Of a stretch of 64,000 nt of DNA, positions 38,084 to 52,424 are shown piece by piece. The stretch is from assembly GCA_964016885.1 (NCBI GenBank), contig OZ024747.1:4278001-4342000 (forward strand), written 5' to 3'. This stretch comes from Eledone cirrhosa (Eukaryota). Below the pieces are notes generated by a model that searched no databases, was not told the DNA's origin, and saw nothing but the letters and a program-made list of their open reading frames with translations. Position 1 is the stretch's first letter. Each line of letters begins with the position of its first letter. The position numbers and the translations under genes were made by a program.

Positions 38084-40766
38084 ACACAAAAGCCTTCCCT
38101 AGTGAGGAATGTACATCCCAACATAGCTTAGTTGTCAGCGACCTCACGGTCAGAACTAGACAAGCCCTGAAACAGAGGCCAACCTGGAGAAGAAAGATCT
38201 GGAAGCTGAAAGTCCCCTCAACCAGTAACAGATTTAAAGATATTTTACTCAACGCCTACGACAGTAAAGAAGAACAGCTAGAGACATTTAATGTAGAAGA
38301 GAACTGGGAGTTCCTAAAAAATAATTTACTAGAGGCGACGGACGAGGTTTGTGGCTGGAGTAAGACCTCAAGCAGGAGGAGAGTGACTTGGTGGTGGAAC
38401 AATAAGGTAGATGAAGCAGTCAAGGCCAAGAGACAGGCATGGAAAGAATGGAAGAACGGGGGGAGCAGGGTACATTACATAGAGACCAAGAGGGAAGCTA
38501 GGCGACAAGTATACTTAGCTAGGAGGGAAGCAGAGGATAGAAAATTCAAGCATGTTTTACAACGTGAGGACCAGAAACAGGAGGTATTCAAGATTGCGAG
38601 GCAGTGTGTCAGAGATAGTTGTGATGTCATTGGAGAGAAGTGTATCCGGAATGATAAAGGTGAGCTTGCCCTCACAAGTGCTGAGAAGTAAGATGCATGG
38701 AAGAGTCATTATGATAGATTACTAAATGAGGAGAATGCATGGGAAGAAGAGACCCTACCCCAAGTAGACCCTATAGAGGGACCAGCAGTACAAGTCAGCG
38801 GCAGCGTAGTAAGTAAGGCAATCAGAAATATGAAGATGGGGAAGGCAACCGGTCCATCGGGTATAGCTGCCGAGATGCTGAAGGCATCTGGGTCTGTAGG
38901 TCACACTATAACCACACGTATCGTTAACCAGGTAATACTAGAAGGGGCCATACCAAAAGATTGGTGCAGTAGCATCATTGTCAACTGCTACAAAGGTAAA
39001 GGCGATGCACTAGATAGAGGAAACTATAGAGGTATAAAGTTGATGGACCAGGTCATGAAAGTAACAGAAAGAGTTATAGCACAGCTGATTAGGGACCGGG
39101 TGAAAATAGACGAGATGCAATTTGGGTTTGTACCAGGAAGAGGCACCACTGATGCCCTCTTCCTTGTGAGGCAATTGCAGGAAAAGTACCTAGCTAAAAG
39201 TAAGCCACTCTACTTGGCATTTGTCGACCTTGAGAAAGCCTTTGACAGAGTTCCACGTGCTGTAATCTGGTGGGCTCTTAGAAAACTAGGAGTAGATGAA
39301 TGGCTTGTGAAAGTGGTACAAGCCATGTATAGGGGAGCAGTCAGCAAAGTTAGGATTAGCAATGAGTATAGCGAGGAATTTAGCGTACAGGTTGGGGTCC
39401 ACCAGGGCTCTGTTCTTAGCCCTCTCCTGTTCATCATAGTCCTGCAGGCAATAACGGAGGAGTTTAAGACCGGATGCCCATGGGAACTCCTGTATGCTGA
39501 TGACCTCGCACTCATAGCTGAATCTATGGTAGAACTAGAGAATAAATTCCAAACCTGGAAGCAGGGACTAGAAAGAAAGGGTCTCAAAGTCAACATGACA
39601 AAGACTAGGGTCCTTGTAAGTAGACGAGAAAACAGAACCCAGATCCCCTCAGGGAAATGGCCTTGCTCAGTATGTAGGAAAGGTGTAGGTAGGAACTCCA
39701 TTCTCTGCCCCAAATGCAAACAATGGGTACACAAGAGATGTAGCGGGATCTCAGGAAGCTTAATTAAGAATGTAGGATTCACATGCAGCAGCTGTGCTGA
39801 GACAGCAAACAGCAAATAGCCACAGGAAACAAGTACCACCAATCTCTGGGAGGGCCCTGTAGAAACAGTTGACAGCTTCTGCTACCTAGGTGACCGAATT
39901 AGCAACGGAGGTGGGTGTTCAGAAAGTGCAATAACTAGGGTAAGAATGGGATGGAAGAAGTTTAGGGAACTACTACCACTGCTAGCTGCAAAAGGCTTCT
40001 CCCTCTGAATGAAAGGCAGACTGTATGATGCGTGTATCCGAACAGCGATGTTGCATGGTAGCGAGACCTGGGCGCTGAAGGTGGAAGACTTACATAGATT
40101 AGAGAGAAACGAAGCCTGCATGCTCCGATGGATGTGTAACAATAATATACGTGAACGACAAAGCATAAATGAATTGAGAGAGAGACTGAGCATAAGAGGA
40201 ATCAAATGCTGTGTGCAGGAGAGGCGGTTGCGCTGGTATGGACATGTGATGCGTATGAAGGATGATAGCTGCATAAAAAGGTGCAGAGCACTAGAAGTTG
40301 ATGGAAACCGCGGAGTGGGGAGACCCAAGATGACCTGGGATGAGGTGATAAAAGCCGACCTTACCCAATTACACCTCTCAAAGACAATGACACACGACCG
40401 TGACTTCTGGCGTCACGCAGTAATACAGAGTACCCGACCTCCCATGGGTACAAGCTGAAGCATATAGACAATATGCCCCCACACCCCCCCACCGCAAGGT
40501 GGTCGTGGAGGTGCCACGGAAAAAAAGCACCCAGCCCACACTGTAAAGTGGACGTGTAGGCGCCACGGAAAAAAAATACCCAGCACTCACTGTAAATGAG
40601 GTTGGTGTTAGGAAGGGCATCCATCTGTAGAAATCAAGCCAAATCAGTTCCTGTATGAGCAAGGCATGGTCAGCCGACCAGACACTGCCCACAACAGGAC
40701 AACCCGTCTAACCCATGCTAGCGTGGAAGAACGGACGTAAAACGGTGATGATGATGATGATGATGA
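38084..40766 (+). mobile_element. RTE LINE (subfamily A), 5'-truncated, with in-frame stops
   Basis: ORFs 38068..38691, 38830..39819 (YADD, C4HC3 finger) and 40009..40458; 3' UTR and (GAT)n. Confidence 0.97.
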
Positions 40767-41168
40767 TAGACCCTGGTTTGGTCAGGTCAGGTTTCTGGTG
40801 TCATGAACCCAGTACAAACTACTTCATAGTTGAGTGACCCCACCAGACCCTGGTGGGGTCTGGTCAGACTTCTACCTGCTACTGGTGTCATGAACATAGT
40901 ACAAAATACTTCATGGTTGAGTGGTTGGTGATGACACCAGCTCCCTCAATAGACCCTTGTGGAACTAGCTCTATTATTTTAATGAAACACTGGGAATAAA
41001 TAATATATATTTATATTTTATCTATAATTTATTTTTTAACTTTTTAATTTATACTTTTTATGCTTTTTGATTTAATACGTTTTTTGTTAATGTAGGTTGT
41101 ATTTTTTTCATAATTCATTTTCGTCCATTTACTAAACAGACCAACTTTCATTATATTTTTTTAAACAA

Positions 41169-41358
41169 AGGGCGGTGAATTGGCAGTATCGGTAGAGGGT
41201 TGGAAGCCATGCTTTCTAGCATAGTTACGTCCCTTTATGGTCTGAGTTAAAATCCCGTCGAGGTTAACTTTGCCTATAATCCTTATGGGGCCGATAAAAT
41301 AAAGTACCAGTAATGTACTGGGTAATTGCTGGCCTTGTGCCAAAAGTAGAAACAATTA
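41169..41358 (+). mobile_element. MetaSINE-type SINE with TSD
   Basis: Flanked by ttatatttttt(t)aaaca at ~41151-41166 and ~41356-41371. Confidence 0.9.
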
Positions 41359-41451
41359 TATTTTTTAAACATTTTAATTTGTATAACTTGAGCTCAGTAA
41401 TATCATCTGTAACCCGATCTTCTTCACTGTCACACTGATTTCTTCTTTCCA

Positions 41452-41575
41452 GCTCAGAGCTGGAACAGTAGATCAGTGTGTACAGATTGATTCCTACTCA
41501 GAGCTGGAACAGTAGATCAGTGTGTACAGATTGATCTCACTCAGAGCTGGAACAGTAAATAAGTGTATACAGATT
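41452..41575. repeat. ~43-bp tandem repeat x3
   Basis: ctcagagctggaacagtagatcagtgtgtacagattgat. Confidence 0.85.
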
Positions 41576-41716
41576 ATTAAAAGTATTTTGCCACATTGCA
41601 TCTTTTTGCATGAATGCAATCAGAGATGTGAATAACATTTTAAGAAACCCATTTCATTCTGTCTAATCTCCAGCACTGTGTGAACAAGCTAGAGCTAGCA
41701 GATACACTCCCCACCT

Positions 41717-42556
<840 letters not shown>

Positions 42557-42760
42557 TGTGTGTGTGGCAGGAGAATCAAGAAAAAATAGACAGAAGTAAG
42601 GAAAAGGAGAATTAAAGGTGAAATCATATAAATGTAAAAGAAAGGAAAGCATTAATGTAAAAGGCCGATGATGTTGGTACATATGATATAGTAATATGGA
42701 TAAAGAGTGAATATTTGTGAATTATGTATGAGTTTACATTTCTGCTTGGCTTATGTCTTC

Positions 42761-42830
42761 TATCTCTGACGGATGCATAGATTAATCTCTTCACTGTTAA
42801 TCTACGGACAGGAGAAAAGTACTTATGATA
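42761..42830 (+). ncRNA. degenerate hammerhead-like motif
   Basis: CUGACGG..uagauuaa/uuaaucua stem..GAAA AGUACU UA with palindromic stem III; the core is imperfect. Confidence 0.35.
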
Positions 42831-43082
42831 AGAACAAGATATTATTTTTGTAAATTTTATAGTGCTGCTGTTGTTGTTGTTATTATTGTATCGTTGTTGT
42901 TGTTCTGTTTTTCTTGGGCCTTTTGTTGTTGTTGTTTCTGTTGGTACAACAATCTGGTGTTGCAGTCGTTGCTGTTCTTGTGTTTTATTGTCAGGTTAGC
43001 AGCACTGACCCTTTGATCAAAGGTTATTCCAGTTGCAAACACTCTCTCTTTTCTATAGGTATAGCAGAGTGCATTTCGCTTG

Positions 43083-43275
43083 AGGCAGTGGATTGGCCGT
43101 ATCGGTAAATGGTCTGACGCCATGCTTTATAGCAAAGAGTTATGGCCCTTTATGGTCTGAGTTCAAATGCTGCTGAGGTTAACTTTGCCTTTCATCCTTA
43201 CGGGGTCGATAAAATAAAGTACCAGTAATACACTGGGTAATTGCTGGCCTTGTGCCAACTGTAGAAACAATTATT
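43083..43275 (+). mobile_element. MetaSINE-type SINE
   Basis: Full head and Meta-like domain. Confidence 0.88.
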
Positions 43276-44303
43276 GAATGCTTCTTTTCTAAGACAATAG
43301 TTTGAGATGTGAGGGATATATGGATGTTATTTCTAACATAGAGGATTGTGGTGTTGCAGTAGTTACGTGACTCTAACAGGTTGTGTTTTTATTAACCAAA
43401 CATTTGTTGTTTCGTGTCATGTGCCTAGTAATGTAGTGTGCCCATGACTATGGTATTTAAATCTTACCTAATATATATTTTAAATATATAAATGTAATGA
43501 CTACCAACAAGAAACAATAAAGGAACTTATTGGACAATATAGTCTTAGATATATTGATGGTGGGATGGTCATGGGGGGAATCTCTTTGATCATAGATTTG
43601 CTCTATCAGGTCTGAGCTGATCAATGACAAATACTAACACTTGTGCAAAGTAGATTAGCTTGTATTAGATACAGTCTAGAACACGGAATTCATATATGAC
43701 AAACATGGCTGGCTGTAATGGATCAATAAGAAGTGGGAGGTAAGTTCTGTTACTTAGGCAACCTTAATCAGTGCTGACTGTTGAGATTGAGTCAATCACA
43801 GCAACTAGAGTTGGCAGTGAACAAGGAAAAAACCAGTGAAATTGGTAGGCTAGTTATGGTCTGCATGTTAGTATGATCAGATTGAAGATAAAAAGGAAAC
43901 CAAAACGAAAAAAGGTGTTTGATGATGTACTTTCAGATGTAAATTTGTTGGCAGAAATGGGTGTTGCTGCCTATCAAAAGAAAGGATTTTTCTCTTCTTT
44001 ATAAATGGTAGATTTAGATAAGCAAATATATGTGTTGGATGTGTGATGCTTTGAAATGAGAAATATTGCAAGAGAAAAATAAAATATATCTGATTTGCTG
44101 ACAGAAAACAATTGCACCAATTCTTTATGGGATTGATAAAATAAGAACCAGTCAAGTATGGAAATTGATTGTTCCCTGCCCTTCAGTTTTCTAGCCTTGT
44201 GCCTGTGGAAGAAAGGTTACTTTAGATTGCATAATCAGTGAATGTTTTTTCACTCAAACCCTGTCATTCTAAAGTCTGATAAATATAAGTTACCTTGACT
44301 ATG

Positions 44304-44342
44304 CTTCACTGAGGAGGTCTAATAAGATGAAACAGCCAGAAG
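44304..44342 (+). ncRNA. degenerate hammerhead-like motif
   Basis: cttca CUGAGGA g gucu-aaua-agau GAAAC..agaag; the cleavage triplet has decayed. Confidence 0.4.
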
Positions 44343-44489
44343 TTGTCACCCAACTTACCAAATGTTGGATTAACTCCTCACTGCATTTTTTTTCATTCAT
44401 TTTTTTTTTTTATCAGTTTAGATTTCAGAGTTGTCTTCCTTGTTTTTCTTGACAAGGATGTGTCATTCCTGCTCATGATTGTTCTTTAA

Positions 44490-44710
44490 CCCTTTAACAT
44501 TTAAACCGGCCATATCCGAACAGAATCGTCTCACCTCTTTCTGTTCAAACCGGCTGTAACCGACTGCTCATACTGATGTTAAGGTATTGTTCCCAAAATA
44601 AATAATATCAAAATCTCATAGATTCTATATTATGTGAGATAATTGTGTGAAATAAAGTATTTACTGTGAAAATATAATAGTAAATATAGGGAAATGTAAA
44701 TAGTAAAGGG
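44490..44710. mobile_element. piggyBac-like MITE
   Basis: TTAA|ccctttaacattta ... taaatagtaaaggg|TTAA (TIR 12/14, TTAA TSD). Confidence 0.8.
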
Positions 44711-45329
44711 TTAAGTATCATTTAAAATTAACTGATTAAAAATGTTTATTTTATTTGTTGCTCATTCTATCAAATATGTTAGCCCCTGGACTTGACTATA
44801 TTTTCTTTTGGGCAGAAGGCATACCTGAGAAATTTCTTTGTGTCATTTAGTCCATTTCTGTACCAATAATGCCAGGTCACTCAGTGCATATTAGTTGATA
44901 GATTTAAAATGGTCATTTACAGTTGAGATATTTATTTGTGTTGGGGCAAGATAGCATTTCCTCTATTCTCAGTTCATATAAATGACAGAAAGCATAGGCG
45001 AGCATATTTCTAAAGAAAGACTAGTTTCCCATCCCAGGGAAGATACATTTCTCATCTATTTAACACATCTCATGCACAACTAAGCTAAACATCAACATAT
45101 TTATCAAGTGCTGTAAGTTTTATGGAGAGACACCAGAGAAGAAAAAGAAAGTTCCTTCATAATTTTCTTTACCAATAAAATAAAATACTTAGATAAAGAT
45201 TTATAAGGATAAAGATTTAAAAAGGCTTTAGATAAATCAGTTATGAGAGAAGAAAGCTTATTGAATATAGCAGACATTATGAGGTGGGGGGGGGGGGGGG
45301 GGGATAATCAGATAAATTTGTGAGTCACA

Positions 45330-45752
45330 TAAACACATGGCTATACACACCCATACATACATACATGGCTATACAGAACACATACACATGGCTATACAGA
45401 AGACACACACACATACATACACATGGCCATACAGAAGACATGCACATACACATACATGGCTATACAGAAGACACACATACATACACACACATACACATGG
45501 CTATGCAGAAGACACATACACATACGCAAACAGATATTCAAACATGCACACAAACACACATAAACACGCAAACACTCTCTATCACACACACACACACATA
45601 AACACACACACACATACACACACACACTCATATACACACTCATGCACTCTGACACACTAACAAGCAGTCACAAACAAACACACTCTCTCTCTTTCTCACA
45701 CACACTCACATACATTTACCTACACACACACACACTCTCACACACACACACA
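45330..45752. repeat. CA-rich minisatellite
   Basis: cacatggctatacagaagaca units followed by (CA)n. Confidence 0.85.
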
Positions 45753-45976
45753 TAGAGAATTTAATATTTAGAATCCAAAGAGTGAAAAAAACAATTGAGA
45801 TTCGAAAATCTGTTAGAAGACCAAGAAGAATGGTTTATATGAGAGTGCAGATGTAAATGTTGTGGTCTTAAGAACAGATAGCTAGAACTAAACAAGGTGG
45901 TATTGACATGAGATATTCAGTCAATAAGTACTTCAAATGGGATGGTCCAGTGAAATAAAATCTATGATTTATTGAG

Positions 45977-46139
45977 TGGAAGCACTTGGTCTAGTGGTAA
46001 GGGTGTTGTACTTACAATGTTAATGCTGTGGGTTCGATTCCTGGACTCGGCTGGGTTGCCTGTTAGTTTCTTGAGCAAAAACACTTCATTTCACATTGCT
46101 TCAGTATACTCCAGTTGACTCAGCAGCTTGCAACATAGT
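45977..46139 (+). mobile_element. old tRNA-CORE SINE head
   Basis: tggtctagtgg, ggttcgattcc, ttcttgagcaaaaacacttcatttcacattgc. Confidence 0.7.
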
Positions 46140-46402
46140 AAGGGCAGGATTTAGACCTTGGTGGGGCCCCTGGGTACTTCAGGCTTGGGGACCCCTCATA
46201 CACAAAAAATTAGAATACACAGCAAACCCCCCAAATGTTACATAGTTTGGTGCAAGTAATTGGAATTGAAAATTTTGCACATACAGATATCAAATTCAAA
46301 AATTCTAACCATCCTAAAACTAAAAGGCCTAGCTTAGGGCACAAATAAATTGCTCTGACCATCACTGGTGGGATCCCCCACTGCAGGGGACCCGAGGGAA
46401 TT

Positions 46403-46437
<35 letters not shown>

Positions 46438-46453
46438 ATTAAGTGCAGCTCTG
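46140..46453. mobile_element. hAT-like MITE
   Basis: Degenerate TIRs (aagggcaggattta / taagtgcagctctg) and an 8-bp TSD aacatagt/aagatagt. Confidence 0.6.
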
Positions 46454-46520
46454 AAGATAGTGAATTTTGCTAAAAACATTTGTCGATATAGTAGTGTTAA
46501 ATGTGGCAGGATTAAGTGAA

Positions 46521-46999
46521 CCATCCTAGTGGTTCACAGCAATATTTGACATCAATGTGACCATCCTAGTGGTTCACAGCAATATTTGACATCAATGTGA
46601 CCATCCTAGTGGTTCACAGCAATATTTGACATCAATGTGACCATCCTAGTGGTTCACAGCAATATTTGACATCAATGTGACCATCTTAGTGGTTCACAGC
46701 AATATTTGACATCAATGTGACCATCCTAGTGGTTCACAGCAATATTTGACATCAATGTGACCATCCTAGTGGTTCACAGCAATATTTGACATCAATGTGA
46801 CCATCCTAGTGGTTCACAGCAATATTTGACATCAATGTGACCATCTTAGTGGTTCACAGCAATATTTGACATCAATGTGACCATCCTAGTGGTTCACAGC
46901 AATATTTGACATCAATGTGACCATCCTAGTGGTTCACAGCAATATTTGACATCAATGTGACCATCCTAGTGGTTCACAGCAATATTTGACATCAACGTG
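46521..46999. repeat. 40-bp minisatellite x12, nearly perfect
   Basis: ccatcctagtggttcacagcaatatttgacatcaatgtga with no spacers. Confidence 0.98.
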
Positions 47000-48010
47000 C
47001 ATCTTGTTTGCTACTCTAACAATTCTGACAATCAACTAGACTTCACTAGAACTTTATTTAACGACCACAAAAGGATGAAGGACAAAGTTGTCCTCAGCTG
47101 AAATTGAACTCAGAGCTCAAAGTACTGGAAGAAATACAGCTTCTGTTACACATTACTGCTTCACATCTTATATTTCAAGACTAGAAATGTTTAGATGCTT
47201 TAGAAGATTTCTTTTATGCTTTCTTACAACTAAATCTATTACATATTTCACGATTGGGTGCCTTTTCAAACATCACCCAGTGAGCCATGAAATGTGAGGT
47301 TTTCAAATATTTGCCAAGTGTCTCACAAGGAAGGCAGTATTGCAACTTTCATGATATGCTTTACTTATCTGTCTCTCTTCCTCTCACCATCCCACCATCT
47401 CTCTCCCTCCCTCTCACCATCACGCTCTCACTCTCTCTCTCTCACCATCTCTCTCTCCCTCCCACCATCTCTCCACCTCTCTCTCTCCCTGCCACAACAC
47501 ACACATCAGTTTCTATAGTAAAGAAATACATCGTTGTTTGTGAAATTCAGATTTTTATAAATGATAACTTGTCATTAATGACATACACACACACATATAT
47601 ATATATACACACACAAACACACACACACATATATACACACAAACACATGTATATACACACAAACACACACACACATATACATACACACAAACACACACAT
47701 ATATATACACACAAACACTCACACATATATATATACACACAAACTCACACATATATATACACACAGAAACACTCACATATATATACACAAAAACACACAT
47801 ATATATATACACACAAACACTCACACATATATATATACACACAACGACTCACATATATATATATATATATACACACAAACTCACACACATATATATACAC
47901 ACACAAACACTCACAAATATATATATACACACAAACACTCACACATATATATACACACACAAACACTCACACATATATATACACACACAAACACTCACAC
48001 ATATATATGT

Positions 48011-48084
<74 letters not shown>

Positions 48085-48088
<4 letters not shown>

Positions 48089-49570
48089 GTTATTAGGAGT
48101 ATTCCAAAGCTTGGTAGAACAAGTTGTGAGGAAAGTTCTCAACATACGTTAAGGTGACTCGACAGGTTGGTAGGGATTCTGTGGTGGAAACACGAACAAA
48201 CGAGGAGTGTAATCAAAGAAGAGAAATAGGACGAAGGTAAACAATTACAAAAGGATTTAATCCACGTATTTACAATTGTTTCATCAGAATTTCAGTCCAT
48301 TATTGCTACACTATGTAATAATAGGCAATCAAGAAAGATACTGTGGCATCCGAATTTTCAAAATACAAAGTTGGAATGACCTTAGGAAATGAAATAAGGG
48401 GTAGTAGTGTAAGATAGAGGAACAGAGAGAGAGAGAGGGGCAAAAGAGAGAGAGAGAAAAGGGATAGAGGAAGGGAGAGAAAGAGATAGTGTGGTGTGAG
48501 AGGATTTGTATAGGGAGGGGGAGGAGGGATGTGTGCTAAAAGTTGTGATGGAGAGAAGGAAGATAGAATTTTAAGAGGCATTTGGAAGTGGACAGGCGAA
48601 AGTCTTACCAGAGAACAGATGAAGGAAGAAAGTATTAAATTTCATATATAGTCTATTTTTAGGGGTGTAGAATTGTTATTTAGGGTAGAAAGATAGGTAG
48701 TGTTATGATTTGGTTGAAGGTTTGAAGTGTGAGAATTTCGCTTTCAGTTTATGCTGGCAAAAAATTGACCTTTCAATTTTGTTGTTGAGTAGTTGGTGGC
48801 TTGAGCTTAGAATATGGAAGAGCTCATTATTACACAACGGGCACGTTTTCATCCCACTCCGGTATGGAGGAGCATGTGAGAGTTTGGTCCATTTAAGGGT
48901 GTATTGTCGGTTACTCCCTTTTAAGTGCCAAATTTTGTCGGCGAGAGTCGTTACGTAACTAATTTTAGTACAGCATTGACGAAGCTTTAGAATACGGCCA
49001 AGCTAGCGTATATGCATAATCGGTCTGTAGCTTGAGCACTCAGATGAGGAAAGACCCCAGAGTAATAACATTACGTTCAGACAGCTTAGCAAATCAGATA
49101 TAGTGGTCGGCAGTCCAGCCGCATCACTAGAGCAACGAAAATACAGGACCCAGGAAAAGATTTTATACTGACGTGGACATAGCGGTGAGGCTGAGTGCAA
49201 AATATATAACTTACCTCGTATATCAACAATATAGATCACATATAGCATCCAACATCAGCGTTAAGTTTCTGCAAATCCAAATCGACAAATTCCTATTGCA
49301 GGAGTCTGTAATATAATGGTTTTTGACGATAGAACATAGAATTTACTTTATCAGCAAGTCTTTTATTCTTAGCCTGAGGGGGTATGTTTTAGCTTTAAAT
49401 GTTGCCACAGACACGTTGTTTACTGCAAGGGAGGTAACGCCCGCTTAGGAATTATCCCTTTAGACAAACCGAATAAAGCACTCAACTAGAAGTTATCAAA
49501 CAAACTTAAACAATTAATCAATCAATAGAATCATCTAATTAAATTAATCAGTTAATCGTTAATTCTAGGA
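48085..49570 (-). mobile_element. internally deleted Penelope-like element
   Basis: Minus strand 48960-48703 translates SYVTTLADKIWHLKGSNRQYTLKWTKLSHAPPYRSGMKTCPLCNNELFHIL..LLNNKIERSIFCQHK, resembling the C-terminal half of a PLE GIY-YIG domain. Degenerate hammerhead at 48266-48366; TA flanks. Confidence 0.75.
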
Positions 49571-49599
49571 GTAAATATATATATATATATATATATATA

Positions 49600-50110
49600 A
49601 AGAAAATGAGGTTTTTTTCAAAATGGAAAAAAAAAACGAGGTACCCTACACGAGTGAAAGTATAAGGAAAAAAGTTGAAATCGAAAATGCAACTGGAGTC
49701 TTTTTAAGAATATTTATTTGTTTCCTTTACTGGTTTCACAGTTCTAATGCTTTTCAAAAGTAGAATTGAGATGGAGGGTTTGTGGTTTTTCTAGCATCTG
49801 GTTGGTGTTGGAATGTTACTTCTGTTTTATGTGAAAAAAAGTGGCTCAAAATGCTAGGCTTTTAAAATATAGTTTAGGGATTGTAACATCAAGTTATTGT
49901 TGGTTCACCCGAGTGAGCACTCGATGAATAGTCCCCAGTATGTACTTTGGGGTTGTACTAAACAGAGTGTAATATTAATAATAAGTATTGATGAGCTTTT
50001 GATTTCAGAGTCAGGCCTGATCGATAGAGATCCAACCTTGAACTGATCAATCATGAAATGCGCGTCACACTTGAATAAATTTAATGAAAATTTTGCACCC
50101 TGTCCATACT
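49600..50110. mobile_element. pLTR-like remnants with degenerate hammerheads
   Basis: Plus strand 49983-50072 reads (U)UGAUGA..ttgat/atcaa..GAAAUGCGCGUC. The minus-strand tail catcgagtgctca is shared with 56519-56531. Confidence 0.5.
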
Positions 50111-50862
50111 TATATATATACTTTTTTAGCAAGTGATTTTATTTAAGACATTGTGTTTAGACTGAGGCAATAGCATCACTGAAGAGTCAACTAAGAGCAC
50201 GTAAAATCTTTTATATTCCATTTTCTCTTAGTTCTTGAGATGCCAAAATTTCCACTGCACTTGTTTCTACATCTGGAGCTGAACTAACAGATGTCTTCAT
50301 AGCCTCAGGTTGACCAATGCACTGTGAGCAAAATCTAGTAGACAAAACCTGTGCCAAAGACCATTGTATGTATGTGTGTATGTATGTGTATGTTTGTATG
50401 TATGTGAGTGTGTGTTTGTTTGTGTGTGTGTTTGTTTCATGACTGAAATATATGCTGGTGTCATGTGTCTAAAATCATTTGACTAATCTGTCCACAGTTC
50501 AATGAAACCAGTAGGAGTAACATTGGTTTCTGACTGTGACACAAAAACTCAAATTAGATGCACCCCTGAGTACATGTCTGGTACTTTAGTTTCTTGGCTC
50601 CTTATGGATGAAATTAAAAGTTGACCTCAGCAGAATTTGAACTTAGAATAACTGCTTCAAGTCATTTTGTCAACAATTTCCAGGAAAAGGAAAGTCAATT
50701 AAATTGACCCCAGTACTTTACTGGTATTTTATTTTATTTTATTGACCCTGAATGGAAGAAAAGCAAATTGACCACGAAAGTATTTCAACTCGAAACATAA
50801 TAAACAATAACAAATACCACAAAGCATTTTGCCAAGCCACGGTCCCTCCAGTCTCCATAAGT

Positions 50863-51085
50863 AATAATGGTTTCTGATTTAAGAACAAGGCCAATAATTT
50901 CCAGGGAGAGGAAAATCGATTAAATTGACCCCAGTGCATTACTGGTACTTTATTTTATCGACCCAGTAAGGATGAAAGGCAAAGCTAACCTGGCAGGATT
51001 TGAACTCAGAAAGTAAAGCACCATAACTCTATACTGCAAAGCATGGTGTCCAATGCTCTACTGATACTGCCAGACCACCACCCTA
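50863..51085 (-). mobile_element. MetaSINE-type SINE (further degraded copies at 50560-50850)
   Basis: ctggtactttattttatcgaccc..gatgaaaggcaaag..ggatttgaactcag. Confidence 0.85.
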
Positions 51086-51345
51086 CTGCCCATTAATAAT
51101 AACAGTTATGGTGTCCAATGCTCTACTGATACTGCCAGACCACCACCCTACTGCCCATTAATAATAACAGTTATGGTGTCCAATGCTCTACTGATACTGC
51201 CAAACCACCACCCTACTGCCCATTAATAATAACAGTTATGGTGTCCAATGCTCTACTGCCCATTAATAATAACAGTTATGGTGTCCAATGCTCTACTGAT
51301 ACTGCCAAACCACCACCCTACTGCCCATTAATAATAACAGTTATG
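51043..51345. repeat. 65-bp tandem repeat made of SINE head plus flank
   Basis: Units start at 51043, 51108, 51173, 51238 (40-bp deleted unit) and 51278. Confidence 0.9.
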
Positions 51346-51649
51346 AAATGCAGAAAAATACACAAAAACCTCACGGTATACACACATATATACAGCACTA
51401 AACACTGCACACACTTCACACACTGCTTTCAATACAATTGAGATGAGAAAATCAAAACAAAACACTATATACATCCAAGGCCCACACACAGAGACGCCCT
51501 CTGGTGTGCAGTGAGCCCATGCAATCAAAAAGAAGACTCCTCAATAATAATAATAATAATAATAATAATAATTGTTTCTACGTTAGGCACAGGAATAATG
51601 ATTTCATTTATTGGCCACAAGGGCCGACATAGGAGACAATACAAAGACA

Positions 51650-51835
51650 ATAATAATAATTGTTTCTACTTTTGGCACAAGGCCAGCAATTACCCAGTGT
51701 ATTACTGGTATTTTATTTTATTGACCCCCGTAAGGATGAAAGGCAAAGTTAACCTTGGCAGGATTTGAACTCAGAAGGGCAAGGGCCGTAACTCTATGCG
51801 TCAAAGCATGGCGTCCGCCCCTCTACCGATACTAA
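51650..51835 (-). mobile_element. MetaSINE-type SINE
   Basis: Reverse complement of the 41169 and 43083 copies. Confidence 0.88.
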
Positions 51836-52424
51836 CAATACTTGGCAAGATATGGGAAAGAAGCAGAATTCAAAGGAAGTTTCAAACAATAATAATGATG
51901 ATGATGATGAAAATCCATCTTTTCATTGTTTCTATTTGAAAGAGAGCAACACATCAAATGATGAAATGTCAAGTCAATTGTATCACAAATGCTAACAGAT
52001 TAATGAAATATTTCCACGGAGCTGTTTTTGATTTGTCATTGCATATAGATAGTAGTGAGGCAAGTGATGTGTGTGTATATATGTATATGTGTGTGTTTGT
52101 GTCAGTATATGTGCGTGTGTGTGTATATATGTATATGTGTGTGTGTGTATGTGCGTGTGTTTGTGTGTATATATGTATGTATGTGTGTGTATATATGTAT
52201 GTGTGTTTGTGTGTATATGTGTGTATATGTATATGTGTGTGTGTTTGTGTGTATGTATATGTGTGTATACACATATATGATGTTATAGTATTTTTTTGAT
52301 GTGTCATATTGCAATATATTAAGATATGTTACGATATATGAAATCAATCAATAAAGACTGACAAAAGAGAGTAGTTAGTTTGATTAGATATATCTCACTT
52401 TTCAACAGCAAATTGGTCTTCAGC

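Noticed and set aside
26443-40766. An intact, active RTE copy
   Set aside because: Every copy is truncated, internally deleted, or has stops or frameshifts.
41372-41460. Possible minus-strand host exon (SELERRNQCDSEEDRVTDDITELK)
   Set aside because: Acceptor-like site only. No clear donor or recognisable homology, and it is interrupted by a SINE.
46521-46999. CRISPR-like array
   Set aside because: No spacers, no cas genes, eukaryotic context.
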